Assembly (NCBI GenBank): GCA_043818275.1
Contig: JBDRFY010000036.1
Span: 1 to 48,225 of the forward strand
Origin: a bacterium
Lineage (GTDB): Bacteria; Babelota; Babeliae; Babelales; JAUWHS01
DNA: 48,225 bases
Direction of reading: 5' to 3'
In this document: in pieces, positions 40,415 through 48,225 of the stretch
Numbering within the stretch: position 1 is the stretch's first letter
How the letters are laid out: the number at the start of each line of letters is the position of its first letter
Program-made: the position numbers and the translations under genes
Notes under the pieces: generated by a model
The model's database searches: none
What the model was told of the DNA's origin: nothing
Seen by the model: the letters and a program-made list of their open reading frames with translations, nothing else

Positions 40415-41584
40415 TTAAATAAAATCTCGCGCCAGGTCTTTCCAGGAAAGAACCGATCCTGCGGATCGTTTTTGATTTTGTTCGCCGCCATAAATAACAA
40501 TTGGTTTTTTATCACCGTTTATTTGTTTTTGAAACCAGGAAACTGTATCGAAAAAACTGCTATTCATTGTTTCTGAGGATTTTATTTCAACGGGTATAGT
40601 TTTCCCGCCTGATTCTATGATTAAATCAATTTCATTTTTATTAGAATCTCTAAAAAATGTGAGAGTATATTGAAGTCCTTGAGCGTTAAAATTTTTAATT
40701 AGATCAACAATTATCATGTTTTCAAAAAGAGCTCCATAGATTGTTCTTTTTTTAATAATTGTTTCCAGTTCAACTCCCATAATTGAAGCAGCCAGACCAA
40801 CATCATAAAAATATAATTTAGGTGATTTTGTAATTCGTTTTCCAAGGTTGTCATGATAAGAGGGTAATAAAAATAAAACAAAACTTGTTTCAAGAAGTGA
40901 AAGCCAACTTTTTGCCGTGCTTACGCTAATCCCGCAATTTGAAGACAGGTCCGAAAAATTTAGAGTTGTTCCAATTCGCAAGGCGCATAATTGCATGAAT
41001 TTTTTGAATATAAGTATGTTATCAATATTTCTAATGCTTCGTATGTCACGTTCGACATAAGTTGATATATAATTTTCATAATAAATTTTAGCATCGATTT
41101 GCGGTTGATAAACTCGCGGATAAAAACCTTTATATATTTGATCTTCTGTTTTTTTACACAATAAATTAGCAGTCTTTAATTCTTTGATTGATAAAGGTAA
41201 AAGCTTATAAAAATATACTCTGCCGGATAATGATTCACTTATTTTTTCATGCAATAAAAAATTTTGAGAACCTGACAATATGTAATATCCAGGCCGTGGA
41301 TTTTTATCAACTTCAACTTTTAACTGCGAAAAAAGATTTGGCGCATATTGCGCCTCGTCAATTATCACTCCTATTTCATTTTTGTAGCTATTTAAAAAAC
41401 CTTTGGGATCTTTGTTGGCAAAATCAAAAATTTCAGCATCCTGCATATCCAGATAAACATAATCGCTAAATATTTTTTTAATAAGGGTACTTTTTCCGGA
41501 TTGTCTTGGGCCGGTAATTGCTATGATTGGTATTTGCTTAGCCCCCATTTTAATTATTTTGCTTAAATCTCTTTCTATAAACAT
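40415..41584 (-). CDS. AAA_14 ATPase with C-terminal DUF4143 (PD-(D/E)xK-like) domain
   Basis: GPRQSGKS Walker A, IIDEAQ Walker B, LSGS, ESLSGR, PKLYFYDVG, EIDLI..PVEIK; aaggtg RBS before ATG at 41584. Confidence 0.9.
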   Translation of the reverse strand: MFIERDLSKIIKMGAKQIPIIAITGPRQSGKSTLIKKIFSDYVYLDMQDAEIFDFANKDPKGFLNSYKNEIGVIIDEAQYAPNLFSQLKVEVDKNPRPGYYILSGSQNFLLHEKISESLSGRVYFYKLLPLSIKELKTANLLCKKTEDQIYKGFYPRVYQPQIDAKIYYENYISTYVERDIRSIRNIDNILIFKKFMQLCALRIGTTLNFSDLSSNCGISVSTAKSWLSLLETSFVLFLLPSYHDNLGKRITKSPKLYFYDVGLAASIMGVELETIIKKRTIYGALFENMIIVDLIKNFNAQGLQYTLTFFRDSNKNEIDLIIESGGKTIPVEIKSSETMNSSFFDTVSWFQKQINGDKKPIVIYGGEQNQKRSAGSVLSWKDLARDFI

Positions 41585-41601
41585 AAAAAACACCTTAATT
41601 T

Positions 41602-41643
41602 ATGAAAATCGCAACATATACTACATGAAAATCATAACATATA
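41602..41643. repeat. Tandem 19-nt direct repeat (period 23) upstream of the AAA ATPase
   Basis: atgaaaatcgcaacatata (41602-41620) and atgaaaatcataacatata (41625-41643), 17/19 identical. Confidence 0.75.
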
Positions 41644-41791
41644 TAATGTTTTTTTTGAAAAGGTTATTAAAAATTATTAAAAAATAAGGTTAATGCTTTT
41701 TTTAATAATTTTTTGAAAAATAAATCAGTTAATGTATGCTTTATATCTTATTAATCATAAAAAAATAAAAATTTTGGGGTGTGGTTTTTCA

Positions 41792-44560
41792 ATGGGAAAA
41801 GATTCTATAAAAATTACTGGCGCAAAAGAACATAATCTGAAATCTATAAATGTGGAAATTCCAAAAGAAAAATTGGTTGTAATTACCGGGCCGTCCGGTT
41901 CCGGTAAAAGTTCGCTTGCGCTTGATACTCTTTATGCCGAGGGAAAGAGAAGGTATGTCGAATCATTGTCTTCATACGCGCGACAATTTTTGGGTATTGC
42001 AAAAAAACCAAATGTTGAAAAAATTGATGGACTTTGCCCAGCAATTGCGATTGAGCAAAAAACTGTTGGATATAATCCAAGATCAACTGTTGGAACAATT
42101 ACCGAAATTTACGATTACTTACGAGTTCTTTACGCAAGAATTGGTATTCCTCATTGTCCGGAGTGTGGCCAGGAAATAAGCGCGCAATCTCCTGATAGTA
42201 TGACGGAAATGATTTTGCAAAAGTTTACAAATAAACTTGTAACAATTGTTGCTCCAATTGCTATTCAAAAAAAAGGTGAATTCGCAGTTCAGTTAAAAAA
42301 AATATTTGAAGATGGTTTTTACCGCTTTTTAATTGATGGAAAAAATTACCGGTTTGAAAATTTAAAACAAATTGAAGAACTGGATTTATTTAAAACATAT
42401 AAACATGATATTTATGTTTTGATTGATAATTTTAAAATTGAAAAAGAAGAAGCTGCGCGTTTGCAGGAAGCGATTGAAAAAGCTTTTAAACTTAGCGGTG
42501 GGCTGTGCGGGGTGTTGTCTGATGATATAAAAAAACCGATATTGTATTCCTCGCTTCGAGTTTGCCTGAAATGTGTTCGATCTTTTCCGGAACTTGAACC
42601 ACGATTTTTTTCTTTTAATTCTCCGATCGGCGCTTGTCCAAATTGTCATGGTCTTGGTTTTATTCAGGAATGGCCTTGGGAAAAAAGTGATCCAAATTAT
42701 TGGAAAACAAAATATCCGGATCATTTTGGAAGATACGCGAAAGAGACAAAATGTGAATATTGTGATGGAAAAAGATTGCGGGAAGAAGCTCTTTGCGTAA
42801 CGGTTGGAAATAAAAATATTTATGATGCAACAACTTTATCAATAAAAGAGACGTTACATTTTTTTGAAGATTTGTATTACAATTCTGATCATGATTTTAA
42901 ACAGGTTAACTCTATTCGGAAAAACCCTTCGAGACATGAAATTTTTCGCTCTGCTCATAATTTAACTCCTCAGGGCGAACGGCAGAGTGATTGTGATCTA
43001 AAAAATTTTAAAAATAAAAAAACCGTTCGCCCTGAGGAGCGTGACAAAACTTTAGATTTGGAGCGCGTCTCGAAGGGTTATTCCGAATTATTATCTTCTG
43101 AGCATTATAAAATTGCTGAAACATTGTTACGTGAAATTATTAGCAGATTAACTTTTTTAAATAATGTTGGTCTTTCTTATTTAACGTTGTCCAGAACAGC
43201 AAGAACATTATCTGGTGGTGAAGGGCAACGAATTCGTTTAGCCACACAAATTGGTTCTTCTTTAAGTGGAGTTTTATATATTCTTGATGAACCAAGTATC
43301 GGTTTGCATCAACGTGATAATGACAGACTTATAAAAACTTTAAAACTTTTGCGTGATCAGGGAAATACCGTTTTAGTTGTTGAACATGATATGGATACAA
43401 TCAGACAGGCAGATTATCTGGTTGATATGGGACCGGCGGCAGGTATTTTGGGTGGTCAAATAACAGCGGTAGGTGTTCCTCATGTTGTTGCTCAAAATAA
43501 AAATTCATTAACCGGAAATTATCTTTCGGGCGAAAAAAAAATAGAAATTCCTGAGCACAGAAGAAAACCGTATAATTTTTTACAAATTAAAAATGCAACA
43601 GCAAATAATTTAAAAAATGTTGATGTTGATATTCCGCTTGGTGTTTTTGTTGCGGTTAGTGGAGTTTCCGGATCGGGAAAAAGTAGTCTTGTTATGCAAA
43701 CATTGGCTCCAACTTTGCAAAATTATTTCAGTAAAGGTTATGCAATTTCTCCTTATCTTGATGAATTAATAGGTGTTAATCTGTTAAAAAATTTTGTAGT
43801 TGTTGATCAGAGTCCAATCGGAAGAACTCCAAGATCAAATCCAGCAACTTACCTTGGAATTTTTGATGAAATTAGAGCTCTTTACGCAAGTTTGCCCGAA
43901 AGTAAGGCGAGAGGTTATGCCCAGGGACGGTTTAGTTTTAACGTTCGCGAGGGCAGATGTCACAAATGTGATGGGGATGGAATAATAAAAGTATCAATGC
44001 ATTTTCTTGAAGATGTCGAAATGGTTTGCAAAATGTGTAATGGTCAGCGTTATGATCAGCAAACATTGCAAATTAAATTTAAAAATAAAAATATCGCGGA
44101 CATTTTGGATATGACTGTTTACGAAGCGGTTGATTTTTTTGCGGCCTATCCAAGAATAAAAAAACGTTTGGATTTGTTGTGTGAAGTTGGTCTTGATTAC
44201 ATAAAACTTGGCCAATCAGCAAAAACATTTTCCGGTGGAGAAGCGCAACGCATAAAACTTGTTAACGAACTTGCAAAACGCGGAAAAAATACAATTTATA
44301 TTCTGGATGAACCTACAACCGGTTTGCATTCCGATGATGTTAAAAAGTTGTTGCAGGTGTTAAATAAACTTGTTGACAGAGATAATACAGTGTTGATTAT
44401 TGAACATAATCTGGATGTTTTAAAATCAGCAGATTACATTATTGATATTGGTCCTGAAGGCGGTGATGAAGGCGGTTTTATTATTTGCGCGGGACGTCCG
44501 GAAAAAATTGCAAAAAATAAAGATAGTCATACGGGAAAATATTTAAAAACCGTTTTGTAA
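41792..44560 (+). CDS. uvrA: Excinuclease ABC subunit A with in-frame palindromic insert and shortened insertion domain
   Basis: GAKEHNLK, GPSGSGKSSL, LSGGEGQRIRLA, LDEPSIGLH, GVSGSGKS, FSGGEAQRIKL, zinc fingers. Confidence 0.96.
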   Translation: MGKDSIKITGAKEHNLKSINVEIPKEKLVVITGPSGSGKSSLALDTLYAEGKRRYVESLSSYARQFLGIAKKPNVEKIDGLCPAIAIEQKTVGYNPRSTVGTITEIYDYLRVLYARIGIPHCPECGQEISAQSPDSMTEMILQKFTNKLVTIVAPIAIQKKGEFAVQLKKIFEDGFYRFLIDGKNYRFENLKQIEELDLFKTYKHDIYVLIDNFKIEKEEAARLQEAIEKAFKLSGGLCGVLSDDIKKPILYSSLRVCLKCVRSFPELEPRFFSFNSPIGACPNCHGLGFIQEWPWEKSDPNYWKTKYPDHFGRYAKETKCEYCDGKRLREEALCVTVGNKNIYDATTLSIKETLHFFEDLYYNSDHDFKQVNSIRKNPSRHEIFRSAHNLTPQGERQSDCDLKNFKNKKTVRPEERDKTLDLERVSKGYSELLSSEHYKIAETLLREIISRLTFLNNVGLSYLTLSRTARTLSGGEGQRIRLATQIGSSLSGVLYILDEPSIGLHQRDNDRLIKTLKLLRDQGNTVLVVEHDMDTIRQADYLVDMGPAAGILGGQITAVGVPHVVAQNKNSLTGNYLSGEKKIEIPEHRRKPYNFLQIKNATANNLKNVDVDIPLGVFVAVSGVSGSGKSSLVMQTLAPTLQNYFSKGYAISPYLDELIGVNLLKNFVVVDQSPIGRTPRSNPATYLGIFDEIRALYASLPESKARGYAQGRFSFNVREGRCHKCDGDGIIKVSMHFLEDVEMVCKMCNGQRYDQQTLQIKFKNKNIADILDMTVYEAVDFFAAYPRIKKRLDLLCEVGLDYIKLGQSAKTFSGGEAQRIKLVNELAKRGKNTIYILDEPTTGLHSDDVKKLLQVLNKLVDRDNTVLIIEHNLDVLKSADYIIDIGPEGGDEGGFIICAGRPEKIAKNKDSHTGKYLKTVL
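42914..43088. repeat. Palindromic element inserted in frame inside uvrA
   Basis: Outer IR 42914-42935/43067-43088 (21/22) and inner IR 42966-42982/43023-43039 (17/17). Confidence 0.9.
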
Positions 44561-44623
44561 ATTGCTATAATTTTTAATTAGATTATTTAACCCAAGTTGC
44601 TACTTTTGAAATTTATATAAATA

Positions 44624-44820
44624 AACCCTGGTAAGGGTTATAGTTAATAGCTTCGGGTTTTAACCCGTGGTATTGATAAAGAATATATTGCCACCCCATT
44701 TTATGGAGGTGGCAGAAATTAAAAAAATTCTTTCGTACCATAAAATGGCACGATATTATGTGATTAAATTCTAAACCACGGGTTAAAACCCGAGGCTATT
44801 AACTTTAGCCCCAAAGGGGC
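44624..44820. mobile_element. Non-autonomous REPIN/MITE-like doublet (two inverted arms)
   Basis: IR 44642-44671/44775-44804 (29/30), terminal hairpins aaccct-ggta-agggtt and gcccc-aaa-ggggc, central ccattttatgg/ccataaaatgg. Confidence 0.8.
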
Positions 44821-44878
44821 AATAATAAATAAGTTTCAATTAACGTTACATTATTTCTATTCATTTTAAGGTAAAAAT

Positions 44879-45199
44879 ATGATTTCAAAAAAACTAATAA
44901 CCGAAATTAAAGAAAAATTGGTTTCCGTTTATGATCCGTTAGAGATTTATCTGTTTGGCTCATATGTCTGGGGTAATCCAGATGAAGAAAGCGATTTGGA
45001 TTTTTTGATAGTTGTTTCTGAATCTAATGAAAAAAGTTACAAACGAGCTATTCCTGCAAGTTATGCATTAAAAAAGATTTTGGCTCCTGTTGATATTATT
45101 GTATATACCAAAGAAGAATTTGATTATAAATTGAAGCAAAAATCAACTCTTTGTTTTAAGATTCAAAATGACGGCAAAAAGCTTTACGCCAGATCATAA
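44879..45199 (+). CDS. Minimal nucleotidyltransferase (MNT, Pol-beta superfamily)
   Basis: IYLFGS..G..ESDLDFLIV, VDIIV, 106 aa. Confidence 0.88.
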   Translation: MISKKLITEIKEKLVSVYDPLEIYLFGSYVWGNPDEESDLDFLIVVSESNEKSYKRAIPASYALKKILAPVDIIVYTKEEFDYKLKQKSTLCFKIQNDGKKLYARS

Positions 45200-45256
45200 A
45201 ATTCAAAAAAATATTTTTTGACCTATTTTTCCCTCTTTCTTAAATTATTTTTTTTT

Positions 45257-45283
45257 CCGCTCATCCTGAGCGAAGTCGAAGGG
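45257..45283 (+). repeat. Compact copy of the uvrA-insert repeat family
   Basis: ccgctcatcctgag-cgaag-tcgaaggg vs uvrA right arm ccgttcgccctgag..tcgaaggg. Confidence 0.65.
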
Positions 45284-45288
45284 AAATT

Positions 45289-45316
45289 TTGCAATTATTT
45301 TCTTAATTGCTATAAT
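45289..45316 (+). promoter_or_regulatory. Putative extended -10 promoter
   Basis: TTGCAA-16 nt-TATAAT with TGn extension, upstream of 45375. Confidence 0.55.
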
Positions 45317-45374
45317 TCCTAAACTAATCTTTTTGGCAGGGGGTCTTTATTAAATAAATTTTGTTGAGGGAATT

Positions 45375-46862
45375 ATGAATTTTTCTAAAAAAAAGTTGTT
45401 AATTGTTTTGTTTTTTATTTCTATTATGTCTTTTTCTCATTCTAAAAATCCTGATTATGATATGTTCGATTCTTACAGTCGGTTTGATCGTTTGGCAGAA
45501 TTAAAAGGCATGAAGATTATTGCGCGTGTAAAAAATGCGCAAGCATTACAAGATATGTTAACTAAAACAAAAGATGCTCAAGATAAAATTGAAGCACGTA
45601 TTGCAGAACTTGAAAAAGATGGAGGTGGGAAAATTAAGCTTGATGATAAAATTGAAAGCTTAAAAGCCAAGCATTTTTCCTTAGATCTTGATATAAAAAG
45701 ACTCGCAAAAGACCAAGAAGGACAAAATAAGATTGTAGACCAAAATGGTGGTGCAGGCAAAGATGAGACGTTGGGAAAACTCAGTGAAATTGTCAGCAAG
45801 GCATCTGGCTTTGAAAAAGAGATAAAAGAAAAAGAAAGAGAACTAAATAAATTAAATGAAGAAATAGAAAAATTAAGTAAACGAAAAAATGATGGAGAAG
45901 TATTTTATCAGGTGCAAGATGATGAAAGTTTAAGAAAAGAGCTGGATGGTTTAATGGAAACTAAAAAATATCAGGGCAAAATTTTAAAAGATTTAAAAAT
46001 TGCTTTGGGACAAGCGTTGAAAAAGCCTGGAATGGGTGATGTTGTTATGAAGGGAATTGCTGGAAAAGATGCCGGAGATTCGTTAGATGAGATTATTATA
46101 GGCGAAGGGGAAAGTGGTTGGTCAGAAGAAGGGAAATTGATGTTAAAAGGCGCCGGATACGGTATTTTATTTCGAACATCAAATTCTGTTGGAAAGGAAT
46201 TAGGGAATAGCATTGATCAAATGGTTAAAGGTAGTTTTAATTCCAGTACGGGCGTTATTATTCATTTTTTCAGATATTTAAATAATTTAATTTTACATGG
46301 CGGCAATGTTCCGTTTGAGATTTATGAAGTTGATATTTGGAAATCGTTGGTTGTAAACGATATGCGAAGTATGGAAAAAATGTTAAAAGAAGGCGGAAAA
46401 GATGCATCCAGAAGTCGCGATATGATTGCGCGTGAAATGGATGAGGATGATGAAGAAAAACCAACGGAAAAACAAATTAGATTAATATGGAAAGATTTTT
46501 CAGACGCGTTTGCGGAAGAATGTATGCAAATGGTTGAAGAGATTAAGCAAAGAAAGAAATATTATAAAAAATCGGATTTAATTGTTTTTTATTCAACTCA
46601 ATTGCAAAAAAGATTGCTTGGTTTGGCGCAATTAGTATTAAAAATGAACTCATTAAAAGATTTTTCAACGTTGGGTGAAATTAATACTGTTTTCCCATCT
46701 TTGACTAAAAATGTTGAAAAACTTTTCGTTGTTCTTACAAATCAGATAAAAGCTTCTCAATTTTCTTTTGATAAAAATAAAAAATTATCATCTTCTTTGG
46801 GTAGCAGCAGTTATTCTCCTGGTGATGGTTATAATGATTATCCACATTCCGCTGAATTTTAG
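45375..46862 (+). CDS. Secreted coiled-coil hypothetical protein
   Basis: gaggg RBS, signal peptide, long K/E heptad-rich region, Ser-rich tail. Confidence 0.75.
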   Translation: MNFSKKKLLIVLFFISIMSFSHSKNPDYDMFDSYSRFDRLAELKGMKIIARVKNAQALQDMLTKTKDAQDKIEARIAELEKDGGGKIKLDDKIESLKAKHFSLDLDIKRLAKDQEGQNKIVDQNGGAGKDETLGKLSEIVSKASGFEKEIKEKERELNKLNEEIEKLSKRKNDGEVFYQVQDDESLRKELDGLMETKKYQGKILKDLKIALGQALKKPGMGDVVMKGIAGKDAGDSLDEIIIGEGESGWSEEGKLMLKGAGYGILFRTSNSVGKELGNSIDQMVKGSFNSSTGVIIHFFRYLNNLILHGGNVPFEIYEVDIWKSLVVNDMRSMEKMLKEGGKDASRSRDMIAREMDEDDEEKPTEKQIRLIWKDFSDAFAEECMQMVEEIKQRKKYYKKSDLIVFYSTQLQKRLLGLAQLVLKMNSLKDFSTLGEINTVFPSLTKNVEKLFVVLTNQIKASQFSFDKNKKLSSSLGSSSYSPGDGYNDYPHSAEF

Positions 46863-46876
46863 ATTAATGAGCTGAT

Positions 46877-47905
46877 ATGAAATTTAGAATAATTTTTTTA
46901 ATTTTAAATTTATTTATTTTCTTTAATACTGTTACAGCAAATGTTGGCGTAGATTCATCGGGGATTAATTCATCTGATTTGTTTGAGCCTTCATTTGTTA
47001 AAGATAATTCTTTAATTCAGTTGGAATATCCGGATATAAAAAGAATTTTGGAGTTGGCTAAATCTTTTGAATCAAAATCGGTAAGAGTCAGGCATTTAAA
47101 AAATACGGCGATTAGTTTAGGCGCTTTGTCGGTTTTAACTTTAATTGGTTATAAAATTTATAAAGATAATTTTATTGCGAATGTTTCAGCAAATAAATCT
47201 GATGAAGAACATTCCAGTTCTTCGACAACCGGTAACAAAAAAGAAAAAAGTGAATTTACACAAAGTGATTATTGGTCAGAGAAAATAAATGACAGGCTTG
47301 ACAAGAGAACAATATCCTTTTGGGGAAAAGAAGCAATTCGTAAAGGAATTTATTTAGGTGGAATTACCTCTCTTGTTGGTATAATTTCTACGTCTACGGA
47401 GTTAACGAGTCAATTTGTAAGAAGCGTGATTGGGGATTTAATTGAATCTGGCAGTATGCAAAACACATTTTTGACATTAAAAGACGCGTTAGTTTTTTAT
47501 TTAAACTGGATGGCTGAATTGTTACATGATTTAGCGGATACAGAAATTAAAAACGCTGCTTCTTTTACAAGTTATTCAGGATTGATAGATGGAATTTTTG
47601 TTTGGGTTCATGGTCTTGAAAATTTTTTAGCGCTAGTGTTATCTCGAGCCAGAATAGAATTTGGAAATAATAGTCTTAAATATCGTTCAATTTTGGCGGA
47701 GCAAAAACAAGTGTTGGAAAAAACAAATCTGTTTATAAATTCATTGCAAGAAGATATGAGTGATTGGGATGAAAATGGAATTTGTAAAATATCTGATAAA
47801 ACGTTTAAATATTTAAGAAGTTTGACGGCCCAAATTTTGAAATTTAGCCAAAATATGCAGTTGCTTTTGTATAAAGGGTCTGTGGGAATTGCAAAGTCGG
47901 TTTGA
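46877..47905 (+). CDS. Secreted/membrane hypothetical protein
   Basis: Signal peptide ending VTA, two internal hydrophobic helices; 14 nt downstream of previous gene. Confidence 0.72.
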   Translation: MKFRIIFLILNLFIFFNTVTANVGVDSSGINSSDLFEPSFVKDNSLIQLEYPDIKRILELAKSFESKSVRVRHLKNTAISLGALSVLTLIGYKIYKDNFIANVSANKSDEEHSSSSTTGNKKEKSEFTQSDYWSEKINDRLDKRTISFWGKEAIRKGIYLGGITSLVGIISTSTELTSQFVRSVIGDLIESGSMQNTFLTLKDALVFYLNWMAELLHDLADTEIKNAASFTSYSGLIDGIFVWVHGLENFLALVLSRARIEFGNNSLKYRSILAEQKQVLEKTNLFINSLQEDMSDWDENGICKISDKTFKYLRSLTAQILKFSQNMQLLLYKGSVGIAKSV

Positions 47906-48042
47906 GAAAATATTTGTTTCTAAAAATTGTGAATAGTTTAGCTGAGAGTGGATCCTGAAATAAATTCCAACTGTCCGAAGTGATTTGAAGAAACAGAATT
48001 AAAAGGCTTATCTTTGACTTTGTTTATCAATTTAATAATGAC

Positions 48043-48225
48043 TTTGACAAGCCCTGAAAGGGCGGCTTTTGTTAGCCCAGGGTAAGAAAATTCTTGTCCG
48101 CCGAAGTACCGCTATTTGCGGTACGAAGGTGGATAATTTTCGCAACCCTGGGAAAAAGATTAAAATAAAAATTTAGCCCCGTAGGGGCGGCACATAAAAA
48201 TGATTTTGAAAATTTATGTGCCGCC
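48043..48225 (+). mobile_element. REPIN-like element of the transposase-flanking family, truncated by window end, with nested hairpin
   Basis: gacaagccctgaaagggcg identical to 2688-2706; gttagcccag..gcaaccctggg; agccccgtaggggcgg; inverted half begins (ggcggcacataaa/tttatgtgccgcc). Confidence 0.85.

Noticed and set aside
42870..43100. Intein or intron in uvrA
   Set aside because: No N-terminal Cys/Ser block or C-terminal His-Asn, too short for an intein, and no group I/II intron hallmarks; nested DNA palindromes explain the insert better
44560..45317. 13-nt direct repeat aattgctataatt (44560, 45305) as a target-site duplication around the REPIN-MNT block
   Set aside because: The sequence is an extended -10 promoter consensus (TGnTATAAT) in very AT-rich DNA; convergence is more parsimonious

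Overview
AT-rich bacterial chromosome segment with almost all genes on the + strand. It is probably from Candidatus Dependentiae/Babelota (TM6); this is inferred from the many orphan secreted proteins, missing uL30 and LptD/LpxC, and was not verified. The core is a contiguous str-S10-spc-alpha ribosomal superoperon (rpsL..rplQ, 13951-33228, no rpmD). Around it are yidC, recR, lptD, pepP, an MBL hydrolase, a pyrG broken by one in-frame TAA, a solo rplM, lpxC, rseP, ldh, a DUF4143 AAA ATPase, uvrA, an orphan MNT nucleotidyltransferase and several large secreted or outer-membrane orphans. The main hidden signal is a set of palindromic elements. A Y1 HUH transposase (RAYT/TnpA-like) sits between ~110-nt modular inverted repeats, and transposase-free relatives occur at ~122, ~38389, ~44624 and ~48043 (one carries a nested hairpin). 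A ~175-nt element of a second palindrome family is inserted in frame in uvrA and adds about 60 aa. Two large secreted-protein genes share a 31-nt promoter/operator and a peptide motif suggesting they are halves of one modular giant protein. No rRNA, tRNA or CRISPR array was recognised.
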